Source of the DNA: Octopus sinensis | Taxonomy: Eukaryota | Assembly (NCBI RefSeq): GCF_006345805.1 | Contig: NC_043000.1 | Span: forward strand, 81,096,001-81,160,000 | Length of the DNA: 64,000 nucleotides | Direction: 5' to 3' | Part shown: positions 24,300 through 35,492 of the stretch, piece by piece | Layout of the letters: each line of letters starts with the position of its first letter | Numbering within the stretch: position 1 is the first letter of the stretch | Notes under the pieces: model-generated | Database searches by the model: none | The model's input: the letters and a program-made list of their open reading frames with translations, nothing else | Told to the model about the DNA's origin: nothing | Translations under genes and position numbers: made by a program

Positions 24300-24985
24300 A
24301 TTTTCATAGTTATATGGGTCTAAATCCGTGGTAAATCGGATAAGAAACCACACCTCATCACCCAACCTGAACAACATGATCTAGTTCATGATCTAACTCT
24401 TATTAAGCAACAAAGTGAAGTCCTGGCCTCACGTCTGCAACAATGGAGTCTGCAGGATGGAGATGCTTGAATTATAGTATTTAAGAAGTGTTCTGCAGAC
24501 CTACAACAATTCTTCCCTTTGGAAAACAACTTTATTTACTGTAATGATATCAGAGACTTATTCAATATCCTTGAGCTGACCTTTGAGCTAAATGAGGGGA
24601 GGTTATTCATAGATGCATCCCTTTACAGCATGAAAGCGGTTCTGTTGCACTCTAGGAACACCATGCCTTCATTTCTAGTTGCTCACTCAGTCATTTTAAG
24701 AGAAGCATATGAGAACCTCACTTTGATTCTAGACTGCATAAGTTACAAGGAGCATGAGTGGCTAATTTGTGCAGACTTGAAAGTAGTAGCCTTACTTAAT
24801 GAGCTACAAATTGGATACACCAAGTTTATGTGCTTCTTTTGCAAGTGGGACAGTGGGGCCAGAACAAAACATCATGAACACTCAGAATGGCCACCTCAGG
24901 AAACTATGATGCCTGGATGCTATAATGTAAATCATGAGCCACTAGTTAAGGAGGAGAAAATAATTTTGCCACCACTGCATTTATA
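24300..24985 (+). mobile_element. DNA-transposase relic, Chapaev-like (CMC) by motif recall
   Basis: PHLITQ..DLVHDL...LASRLQQW, LFIDAS..SMKAVLLH, WLICADLKVVALL..LQIGYTKFMCFFCKWDS and KIILPPLH; cut off by an RTE tail at ~24990. The superfamily label is less certain than the transposase call. Confidence 0.6.
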
Positions 24986-25342
24986 ACAACCCTAGCACGG
25001 GTTGGACGGTTCGACCGGGGTCTGGGAAGCCAGGGTTTGCACCAGGCTCCAGTCTGATCTGGCAGTGTTTCAACAGCTGGATGCCCTTCCTAACGCCAAC
25101 TACTCAGTATCAATAATTGTAATATTGCTGCCTGTGTCTAGCTGTAGTTTCATATTCGCGTTGTTTATTTTTACTTACACAAAGATTCTTTTTTGGGTGT
25201 AATCTCGACTTTCTGTTGTGCAAAACTTTTTAGCGTTTAATTTTTTAGCTCCAATTTGCTTTGCTCTGCAATGTGAACTTTTATGTCCTATTTTTTGACA
25301 GCTAAAACATTTCCAGAGTTTTAAATGGATAGTCCTTCTTAG

Positions 25343-26460
25343 CCCATTTGTGCCAAAATTTTTCTAGTGAATGAAATTGACTGAAAATTCACAGATACTA
25401 TTATTTTGACCTAAATAACAACTGAAAAAATTTCATTGAAATCCGTTTGATATTTCCTGAAACAATCACTGTCAGTTATAGCAGACATTAGGCACTGTGC
25501 ATAATCTTGTTAACTATGCAATTCACTTATTTAGTGGCTAATAAAAGTATCATATCTGACCATAACGTTATTATGAAAATAGTTCCTGTTCACATTAAGA
25601 TATCAAGGAAAATTGAAAATTTATTTAGTAAAATATATCCTTTTGAAATGAAACTATACAGCTTTACTGAATGTGATACTTCTTGAAACATTTGGGATGA
25701 ACCCCTACATCACATTTTTCACATATGAAATGACTTTTCCCAGAGCACTCATTGCATCTCTTTTCATTTGGAATATATTCAGGCCAATGCTCAACACCAT
25801 CATGTCTTGCATTGTCTTTCAAATGAGCAGATGTGCATTCTGTTTGAAACTTTGGAGTGCCATACATTTTCAATAGAGTTAGAGAAATGTTTTCGATGAA
25901 ACCATATAATGTAATATTGTGCCCAGCTCTATTCATCAAGATGCATATATTTTGGGTTGCCACAGATACAAAATATGAAAAAAATAGGCTGCATTCAGAT
26001 CCTATAGGAACTGATGTTATAATCCAGAAGGTCAACAATACCTATATATTTGTTGCAATTTTTGATGTTTTCAGGATGTGGAATTGGAATATATTTCTTT
26101 TGAGGCCTATTATAGTACTAAACAGTGGACATTTATAGGTTTCAAAGTTTGATAGCAGAACAACATCGTTATTATCTTTCCATTTCACAGCGACTATCTT
26201 TGAAGTGGACTTGAAGTCGACTATTCCTCTGGGGCATGCTTTCATTTCAGTTTTCATTTTGAAAGGACATCTAGTCATCCTATTTTCTCTGCAGGTTCCT
26301 GACGCACATATTCCGTTCTCAAAAAGTTTCTCCATCAATAGAATACTTATGAAATAGTTATCAAAAAAATATTTTGAAATCTTTATTGTCTGGTACTCCT
26401 ACAGCATCAATGAGATCAAGGAAAACGTCAAATCTTTTGAATACTACTAAGTGTCTTCTA
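25343..26460 (-). mobile_element. piggyBac transposon relic (3' half)
   Basis: FFDNYF, GTCRENR, VKWKDN and a C-terminal cysteine-rich KRCNECSGKSHFICEKCDVGVHPKCFKKYH; terminus TTAG|CCCATTTG at 25339-25350. Confidence 0.85.
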
Positions 26461-26499
26461 CACAGAGAATATCTGGATCTTGTTTATATATATATAAGT

Positions 26500-26715
26500 G
26501 TGTGTGAATATGTTTGTGTGTCTGTGTTTGTTCCCCTAGCATTGCTTGACAACCAATGCTGGTGTGTTTACGTCCCCGTCACTTAGCGGTTCGGCAAAAG
26601 AGACCAATAGAATAAGTACTGGGCTTACAAAGAATAAGTCCCGGGGTCGATTTGCTCGACTAAAGGTGGTGCTCCAGCATGGCCGCAGTCAAATGACTGA
26701 AACAAGTAAAAAGAG
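26500..26715 (+). mobile_element. Young SINE 3' half, adjoining the piggyBac relic
   Basis: CpG-rich copy: TTTACGTCCCCGTCACTTAGCGGTTCGGC...GGCCGCAGTCAAATGACTGAAAC. Confidence 0.8.
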
Positions 26716-26749
26716 TAAAAAGAGTAAAGAATATATATATATATGTATG

Positions 26750-26807
<58 letters not shown>

Positions 26808-26823
26808 ATATATATATGTATGT

Positions 26824-26887
<64 letters not shown>

Positions 26888-26925
26888 GTATACATATATA
26901 TATGTGTGTATATATATATATATAT

Positions 26926-26965
<40 letters not shown>

Positions 26966-26967
26966 CG

Positions 26968-27234
26968 TGCTATTGACACACTTTCTGTGCCCTATCAGTA
27001 TTTGCAAAGGGAAGCCATCCTTCCCATCGTCAACCCAACGTGATATGCACGGACCCGGGTTTCTGGGTATTTACCCGTCATCAGCACATGACAATCACCG
27101 GTCTTCGATGCAAAGGGGTCCCAATGCAAATACGTATATCCTTTTTCCAGTGACGGAAAGTCACTGTTCTTGAAAAAGTGTAAACAAGCAATAATAAATC
27201 TCTGAACGAGGTATAAACAGTAGCTATATATATA
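26968..27234 (-). mobile_element. ~265-bp non-coding repeat, Penelope pLTR/retrozyme-like
   Basis: Carries a hammerhead motif, shares two blocks with 43394-43585, and is flanked by (TG)n and (TA)n. Confidence 0.6.
27041..27090 (-). ncRNA. Type I hammerhead ribozyme motif with minimal palindromic stem III
   Basis: CAUGUG-CUGAUGA-C-GGGU-AAAU-ACCC-A-GAAAC-CCGG-GUC^CGUG: complete catalytic core, 4-bp stem II, ACCCGGGU palindrome and GUC cleavage triplet. Confidence 0.75.
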
Positions 27235-27759
27235 TATATATACACATTCATACACACACACACACACACACATAAAAGCCCATATAATTATGCTGTTTAC
27301 AGAAGAGACCCATCTGCTACAGCCACCAGAAGTGCAAGATCATGTGATTTTGCCCTATTATGGGCTCCTCAGTGACAGATAATCATCAGCAATATAACAG
27401 CCACATCTCCCATCAACACTATTTAGAATATCAGTCTCTATCCAGACACTGATGTCACAAATAACCAGTGGTCTTATTAAAAAATAATTAATAGCAACAG
27501 AAGCAGTATTAATAACAAAATGTAATCTTGATCTCCAACTTTATGTGGAGGATGTATTAGAACACAGAATACACTGTTATTTACATTGAGAAAATGTCTT
27601 ATATAGACTTATAGTGCATGAAGGCATTTGTATTTATATTGTTGACAGATGAGAACTGTCTTTTATGGCTGTAAGGAGTGCCAGATCACATGATTTTGTG
27701 TCCTGCTGCTAGCTTCTCAGTGACAGATGTCTGGTCGCTGAGATATCTTTTATCTTTTT

Positions 27760-27995
27760 TTACTTGTTCCAGCCATTAAGACTGTGACCATGCTGGAGCA
27801 CCACCATCACAGATTTTCTTAAAGTCAAACAAATCGACCTTAGGACTTTTTTTCATCCTAGTGCTTAATCTATCAGACTCTTTTGCTGAACTGGTAAGTT
27901 ACAGAGATGTAAATACATCAACGTCAGTTGTCAAGTGGTGGTGGTGGTGGAGGTGGTGGTGGACAAACACAAACACACACACACACACACATATG

Positions 27996-28027
<32 letters not shown>

Positions 28028-28200
28028 CAAACACACACATATAACAGGCTTCTTTCAATTTCCGTCTACCAAATCCACTCACAAGCTTTGCTTAGCCTGA
28101 AGCTATAGTTGTAGACACTTGCTGAAGGTAGCACACAGTGGGACTGAACCCAGCTATGTAGTTGGGAAGCAAGCTTCTTACCACACAGCCACGCCTGAAA
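27760..28200 (-). mobile_element. Full-length CORE-type SINE
   Basis: Same family as 3046-3480, with internal GGT/CA/TA runs. Confidence 0.8.
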
Positions 28201-28244
28201 CTACATAAACATATATATATGTGGGACAGATGTCACCGATACTT

Positions 28245-28550
28245 GATTGACACTGTTGGCAATTTGCTGTGCTTTAAAAGATATGTCAAGCTTCATGAAA
28301 TGGCCAGTGCTGGTGGCACATAAAAGTCACCCGTACCAGTGAAACATAAGAAGCACCTGTGCTGATGACACTTTAAAAGTACCCAATACACTCTATGGAA
28401 TGGTTGGCATCAGAAAGAACATCCAGGTGTAGAAACGAAGCCGAGCCTGGTGCAGCTTTCCAGCTTACCAGTTCCAGTAAGACAGTGTAAGTCTAATCCA
28501 TGGCAGCATAGTAAATGGACACTAAATGATGATGCCGATGATGATGATGA
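28245..28550 (+). mobile_element. Degenerate RTE 3'UTR fragment, sense orientation
   Basis: GGTGGCACATAAAAG repeats, GGTTGGCATCAGAAAG and a (GAT)n tail followed by (TA)n. Confidence 0.65.
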
Positions 28551-29194
28551 GACATATATATATATATGCATATACATTCATAATATACGTATACTTATAC
28601 ATATGTTTATGTATACATATTTGTGTGTGTGTGTGCGTGTGTGTGGCTTGCATGTCGATGTTATGTATTTATGGGATAAAGTTTTTTTTGCCATTGCATT
28701 TTTCAAAGAAGACTCAGTAAAATAAATAGAATATGTCGATAAACCTTCATCACATGTTCTGACAACAAGCAATGCTTTGATGCTGGCAGCATGTCTTAGA
28801 ATATTGGCAGAAACCATGAGGTTAACCATAGACTGCCTCCTTCTGTGTTCTCTGCTACAATGTGGGTGAGAATGGGCTGCAATAATTTCTGATTTTAAGG
28901 GATGCTGTGCCAGTTGTTTGAAGAAAAGGATCTTGTAAAAATTCCTTCTATTTGCTTGGCCTCCAAGATAAACATCTCTGGAATAGGAATTTCTCTAACA
29001 ACAATATTCTATGTTCTTTGATGATGATAAGTTACCGTAATTTTGATGTAACTCAATGGCTTTCACTTGGGGTGGTAGGGGAGCTGTTAGAAGTTTGCAT
29101 TTGGTCTGTCTGTATATGTGAGTGTATGGTACATCTGTGTATATGTCTGAGTCTCTGTCACTGTGCATGTACATATATATACATATGTACATAC

Positions 29195-29230
<36 letters not shown>

Positions 29231-29232
<2 letters not shown>

Positions 29233-29715
29233 GCATACATACATACATAATATATATATATACATACACATACATATGCATACACACATACATATATGTA
29301 TATTTAGGAGTATAAACATGTGTATTCACTTAGTGTGTTTGTGTGTTTATATGTATATGTATGTATGTATAGTTTGCAAGATTAAAAGATATTTACTTGA
29401 AATCAATTACTCTTTCATCTGTTCTTGTTGTTGTTTTGGAGTTTTTGTTGTTATTGTTTCTGTTGTCATCATTGCAGTTGCTGTTGCTGTTAACCAAACT
29501 AAACATTGGAGTCTGTAAATAATTAGATTGGATCACTGAATTTTCCCTGTCAACTGATGCTGGCAGGAATTCTACCATTTTTCTTATACATGACATAGAT
29601 TATATATGTGTTAGTGTGTGCATGTGTGTGTGAGTATGTCTATACACACGCACACAGATGTGTGTGAGTCTACATATATAAATATATGCATGCTACAGTC
29701 ACACACACGTATACA

Positions 29716-29754
<39 letters not shown>

Positions 29755-30235
29755 TACATACATACATAAATATATATATATACATACACATACATATGCA
29801 TACACACATACATATATGTATATTTAGGAGTATAAACATGTGTATTCACTTAGTGTGTTTGTGTGTTTATATGTATATGTATGTATGTATAGTTTGCAAG
29901 ATTAAAAGATATTTACTTGAAATCAATTACTCTTTCATCTGTTCTTGTTGTTGTTTTGGAGTTTTTGTTGTTATTGTTTCTGTTGTCATCATTGCAGTTG
30001 CTGTTGCTGTTAACCAAACTAAACATTGGAGTCTGTAAATAATTAGATTGGATCACTGAATTTTCCCTGTCAACTGATGCTGGCAGGAATTCTACCATTT
30101 TTCTTATACATGACATAGATTATATATGTGTTAGTGTGTGCATGTGTGTGTGAGTATGTCTATACACACGCACACAGATGTGTGTGAGTCTACATATATA
30201 AATATATGCATGCTACAGTCACACACACGTATACA

Positions 30236-30270
<35 letters not shown>
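29231..30270. repeat. Near-identical 520-bp tandem duplication
   Basis: TATTTAGGAG at 29301 and 29821; identical ORFs at 29393-29596 and 29913-30116. Confidence 0.95.
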
Positions 30271-30273
<3 letters not shown>

Positions 30274-31923
30274 ACAAATATGGTCACATACACACACACA
30301 CACATATGCATGCAGACACACACACATACATAAATTACATGCATGCATGCATATGTATGTACATACATACATACATACATACATACATACATACATACAT
30401 ACATACATACATACATACATACATACATACATACATACATACATAGTGAATTCTGTATTAAGGAACCTTTATTTATCCTTTGAAATATTCCTGGAAGTTC
30501 TTGTTATGAAGTTTCTATAGCAATTACAAGATGGAAACACACATATTCTTTCCCATTGCTGCAATAAGTAGTGATGAGTGCCTTGCTCAAGGACAATAAA
30601 ATAACTTGTGATGGTAGGCTTGTAATTGCCTTCTATTTTTAAATGACTTTCATGTTTGTTCTCATTTGTAAATGTTTGATGAAAGATTGGCTGTTTTAAG
30701 GGAATTCAGTCTCATCATGTTGTGATAAACATTAGTTCTGCACATTTCTGGGATAGATATTGATATAACATACAACATCATTATCTCACTTCCACTTTTT
30801 TCCATGTTTCATTGTTGGATGGGACTTACTGAGGCAGTATTCAACAGCTTGGTGCCCTTTCTGTTGCTAACTTTTCCCTGTATTTCAAGTAAATTATTTT
30901 ATTCTGCTACTTTTCACTCATTGAAATGGCTGGACAACAAGGATGTATTTTTTTGCAGATGTAAAGATGCCACTGTGACTCAAATAGTATCATTAAGACA
31001 CATGGAAATATACTTTCACACACACACTCTCTCTCTCTCTCCATCATGATCATCTTGATTTTATATTCATTTCCATGCAGCCATGCGTGGTTAGGTCATC
31101 ACTGTCTCTGCCGATTCTTCTTTAGTCTTACAGCCCATCTAAGAGAACCATTCTTATTTATGCATTTCGTTTATGTCATGGTTTCCTTGGCTTGTTGTCC
31201 TGCCTAACACCAACCACTTCACAGAGTCTACTGGGTGCATTTTATTGTGGCACTAACACTAGAGAGGTTGTCAAATTCTCCACTAGACATAACTAAATGG
31301 TCCCCTTGACTGTTATCACTCACTCAACATATATCACTTCTACCACACACATCTGTGATCTTTATATGTTGTACTACTACACTCTTATCCTCATACTCCA
31401 TTTTCTTAAGAATTCTAATTCAAATATCTTGTTTGCTTGTTCTTAATGTTATTAATATCATTTGTACTATGTTGTGAAATCCAGATATAGCAATTTTGAT
31501 AACAGCATAAATTTATTCACAAACACAATATCACAAGTATTTTCTATTCTAATTACTTTGAATATTGAAATTCCATAATATTTTTTTCATTGTATTCCTT
31601 TTTCCCCCCTGCATTTTTAATAATCAAGTAAAGAATATTTATTTGTTAATCAAATTTTTGAAAAATTATTTGATTATCAAATTTTAAGAAATGAAAATAA
31701 TGATTTTTAAGTTAAGCACAAAGCCAAAAATTTTGATGGTAGAGACCTGTGAATCATACTGACCTCAGTTCATTGATTGATGATTGATGTTTTATTAACC
31801 CCTGAAAGATAAATACTAAAGTTGATTTCAGTTTGATTTTAAAACTCGGTGGGCAAAAGGATTTGACTAAATACCACAAGTCATTTTGTCCTGCACTTTT
31901 TCATTGTGACATTCACTACTTTC

Positions 31924-31975
<52 letters not shown>

Positions 31976-31992
31976 TAATAATAATAATAATA

Positions 31993-32044
<52 letters not shown>
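31924..32044. repeat. (AAT)n immediately followed by (TAT)n, forming an AT-only palindrome
   Basis: Direct read. Confidence 0.9.
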
Positions 32045-32045
<1 letters not shown>

Positions 32046-32530
32046 TGAGTGAGAGAGCAGTGCATGCCATCAAAGTGACACTCGGGTAAGACATATGAAG
32101 CCCAATATACCCATCATGACTACCCATCTGATAAGGATACACCAGGCACATACATCACAACCATATGTGTGCAACATGGTGATCTTATATCAGAATAAAC
32201 AGTGCATGACCTTATAGTTGGGGCCCAGTTAGAATTTTCTTCAGATCAAGTTGCTCATTTCACTCAAATGGTCCTTGAACAAGGGTTGTTTAAGGATGTT
32301 GAAGGAAACACCCATGTTTCCAGAGGTGAATTATTCAAACTCCAAAGAATCCCTCTCAACACATGGCTACGATGCTCCCCCACTACTGCTCATGACCAGA
32401 GATGCACCTATCATCAGTCACCAAGGGACATGCTCAGCTGGTGATGGTCAAACAACTGACAAGCAAATCTGTGGTGTTGAGCAGAATATTTGCTGTAGCC
32501 CATCTTTTATACCAATACAAAACAATGTAC
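32044..32530. mobile_element. Interspersed repeat embedded in TAA/TAT tracts (family unassigned)
   Basis: Its first ~150 bp recur inverted at 33062-33220 and briefly at ~56659-56700, each beside (TAA)n. Confidence 0.6.
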
Positions 32531-32661
32531 ATGATTATTATCATTATTATTATTAAAAATTTTTTTTATCGTTTCATTATTATCTGTAAACTCCTACATT
32601 TTATGTCTGTCTCTGTATTGTCCCCCTCATCCTTTGTCCTTGTGGCAAATAAATGAAATCA

Positions 32662-32709
<48 letters not shown>

Positions 32710-32960
32710 TATTATTATTATTCACTTGCAGCACTAACAACCAAGTCAATGTAATCTGTTGGAGAAATTGGAATTCACATGAGGGTAGTACATGCTCAAA
32801 AATCTGCTCTACTGAGGACAGTGAGGATTTTGAAATTGGTGCTTGGGTATTGAGTGTCTTCCACAATACTTAACATCAAGATACTGAGTCTTATAATTTG
32901 TGGAAAGAGACCTTGAGAGACCCTGTGAGATCTTTGACAACAGGTTGCTGTCTACAGTCA
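32710..32960 (+). mobile_element. R4/Dong-like non-LTR element C-terminal fragment
   Basis: HAQKSALLRTVRILKLVLGY* matches the QKxALLGTxxILRxVL ending of RLE-type elements; preceded by (TAT)n. Confidence 0.6.
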
Positions 32961-33236
32961 CAAAATTAACTTGAGCAAATAAAACCAAGTGCTTTGAGAA
33001 GTAAAATAATAATAATAATAATAATAGTAGTGTTAGTAGTAGTAGTAGTAGTAATTGATGTGAGATCACCAATTGATATGAGATCACCATATCATGTACA
33101 TATGGTTGTAATGCATGTGTCTGGTATACCCTTATCAGACAAGTGGGTATAATGGGTATATTGGGCTTTGTATATTTGCACCCCAGTGTCACTTTGATGG
33201 CATGCGCTGATCTCTCACTCAATAATTATAATAATA

Positions 33237-33700
33237 ATCTTTTCGATTATAGGTGCAAGGCCTGAAATTCAGTGAGAGGTGAGGGCTACTCAATTTTATC
33301 AACCCCAGTGCTTGAGTGGTACTTACTTTTTTGATCCTGAAAGAACAAGAGACAAAATCGACCTGAATGGAATTTAAACTTAGAACATAAAGAGCAGGAA
33401 GAAATGTTACTAAGCATTTTGTCTGGTGCAGTAACAATTCTGCCAGCTCACCACCTTATTAATAATAATAATCCTGTCTACTAAACGCACAGTGCCTGAA
33501 ATTTGTGGGGAGGGGACTAGTCGATTACATCGACCTCAGTGTTTCACTGGTACTTATTTTATCGACTCTGAAAGGATGACGGTCAAAGTCAACCTCAGCG
33601 GAATTTGAATTCAGAACATATCGCTATGTTCTGAGACAAAATACGACTAAGCATTTCACATGGCATGCTAACGATTCTGTGAGCTAGCTGCCTTACATTA
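33237..33700 (-). mobile_element. Two tandem Meta/MESC-type tRNA SINEs
   Basis: CGAC.CTGAAAGGATGA..GTCAAAGTCAACCTCAGCGGAATTTGAA (reverse of the CCTTTCATCCTTTC..GGTCGA domain), separated by (AAT)n. Confidence 0.7.
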
Positions 33701-34619
33701 ATAATAATAATGAGGATAATAATAATAGTAATAATAATGAAAATAATAATGATAATGATGATGGTGATTATGATAAATAAGCAATAAGAGTGTGATGCAA
33801 TTTGTAACAGAGATTGACTTTGTTTATTGGAAGGATTGTATATTTCAATAGATCATATCTTCTTTGGATCCAAAATGTAAAATGAAAAAAGAAATACAGA
33901 AACACAGAAATTGAAAATATGAATGAGGAAATCTTGTGTTCCTTTTTAGATAAAGTGACATCATCAGTTTTCACTTTTCATAACTGGTAACAAGGAAGAA
34001 GATAAAAGAAAAAACAGGAAAGAGAATACTTAAACAGTTTTGTATAAATGTGATGCAATTCACCAATCATTTTAGTCATTCCTTCAGGGCATGATGCAAG
34101 CAATTCACAAATATATTTGTACTCATGCATTTTGAGGACTGAAAGTGTAGTAGAGTCAGAATATTTTCTGAGAATGTACACTTTCAGGTGTTCCTCAAAT
34201 TTACAGCTGTTTGATGAAAAATGTTTGGCAAGTTGCATCAAACTACTGGTATTGTGCATGACATCATACCTATGCCCATTGTTGATATCCTTCTCATTAC
34301 CAACCCTCACCTGTTTCTAAGAAAAGTAATATTTCCTCATGGTCAGACACACTCATCATGGATAGCTGGAAATAACATCCTCTGCTTGATGGCGATACTT
34401 ATCTAGAACTATGTGTGTGTCTCATAACGACGAGACACACACACATGTAAGAGGCATCTTTTTGTTTTAGTCTACAAATAGCCTACGTCTTTAATTGAAG
34501 ACACTTTCCCAAGATGTTGTACAGTGGTTCCGAATCCAAAATTACTAAGGAAGTAAGTGTTTTTACCACACAGCCATACCCGTACCTATCAAATAATGAT
34601 AATGAAAATGGTGATGATG

Positions 34620-34689
<70 letters not shown>

Positions 34690-34819
34690 TTCTTTATTAG
34701 TCACAAGGGCATACAAAACTACAGAATTTTCACAAAGGATTACAAAGAAAGAAGAGATAAAATGAAATATGAGAAAATCACATTTACAAATACTAAGGAA
34801 AGGGTTTAGGAAACATACA

Positions 34820-35010
34820 ATATATGGAAACATGTATTAATGGTGCACACACACACACATTACACATACATACATACATACATACATACATACATACATA
34901 CATACATACATACATACATACATACATACATACATACATACTCACTCACTCACTCACTCACTCACTCACACAGGCACCTACCTACATGTACATACACACA
35001 CCTGCATACA
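34820..35010. repeat. (CATA)n/(CACT)n microsatellite
   Basis: Direct read. Confidence 0.95.
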
Positions 35011-35243
35011 CATGTTTTCAGAGAAATAACTGGAAAGTACAATCAGACATGGTTTCTGAAACAAAATATAATTTTAATAAATAAGATATGAAAGATTTCT
35101 GGCTGGATTGATTTGGAGCATTGAAAGACACCAATATCTTAAGGTTATTCTTTCTTATGTTAAAGAAATGGTGTCTTAATTTTTATGAGCAGTCTATATT
35201 TGTATGTAGTTTATTTTCTTAAATCTTAGTTTAACTGTTTAAC

Positions 35244-35492
35244 GGGCATATGGTGTAGTGGTAAAGAGCCCGGGCTACTAACCCCAAGATTCAGAGTTTG
35301 ATTCCAGGCAGTGACCTTAATAATAATAATAATAATAATAACATCAAAAAATACCTTAGGAATGAGAACCCAGGTTCAAAATTTCCCCAAGACACCTGAT
35401 GAAGGCTAGAGGGTATATCAGCTGAAACGTTGTGGTAACAACAAACAAAATGAGGACAATATCAGTCAAATATAAAGAATGTAAATAATGTC
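35244..35492 (+). mobile_element. tRNA-headed SINE with (AAT)n linker and a hammerhead-like 3' module
   Basis: A-box TGGTGTAGTGG, B-box GAGTTTGATTCC, (AAT)n, then ACAC-CTGATGA-AGGCT...AGCT-GAAACGTT-GTG. Confidence 0.75.
35391..35436 (+). ncRNA. Minimal hammerhead-like motif (ACGU palindrome in place of stem III)
   Basis: CUGAUGA (35396-35402); stem II GGCU/AGCU with one wobble; GAAAC-GUU (35424-35431); stem I CAC/GUG. Confidence 0.55.

Noticed and set aside
35244-35310. tRNA gene
   Set aside because: Has A/B boxes but no complete cloverleaf and continues into SINE body; the same applies to the other SINE heads.
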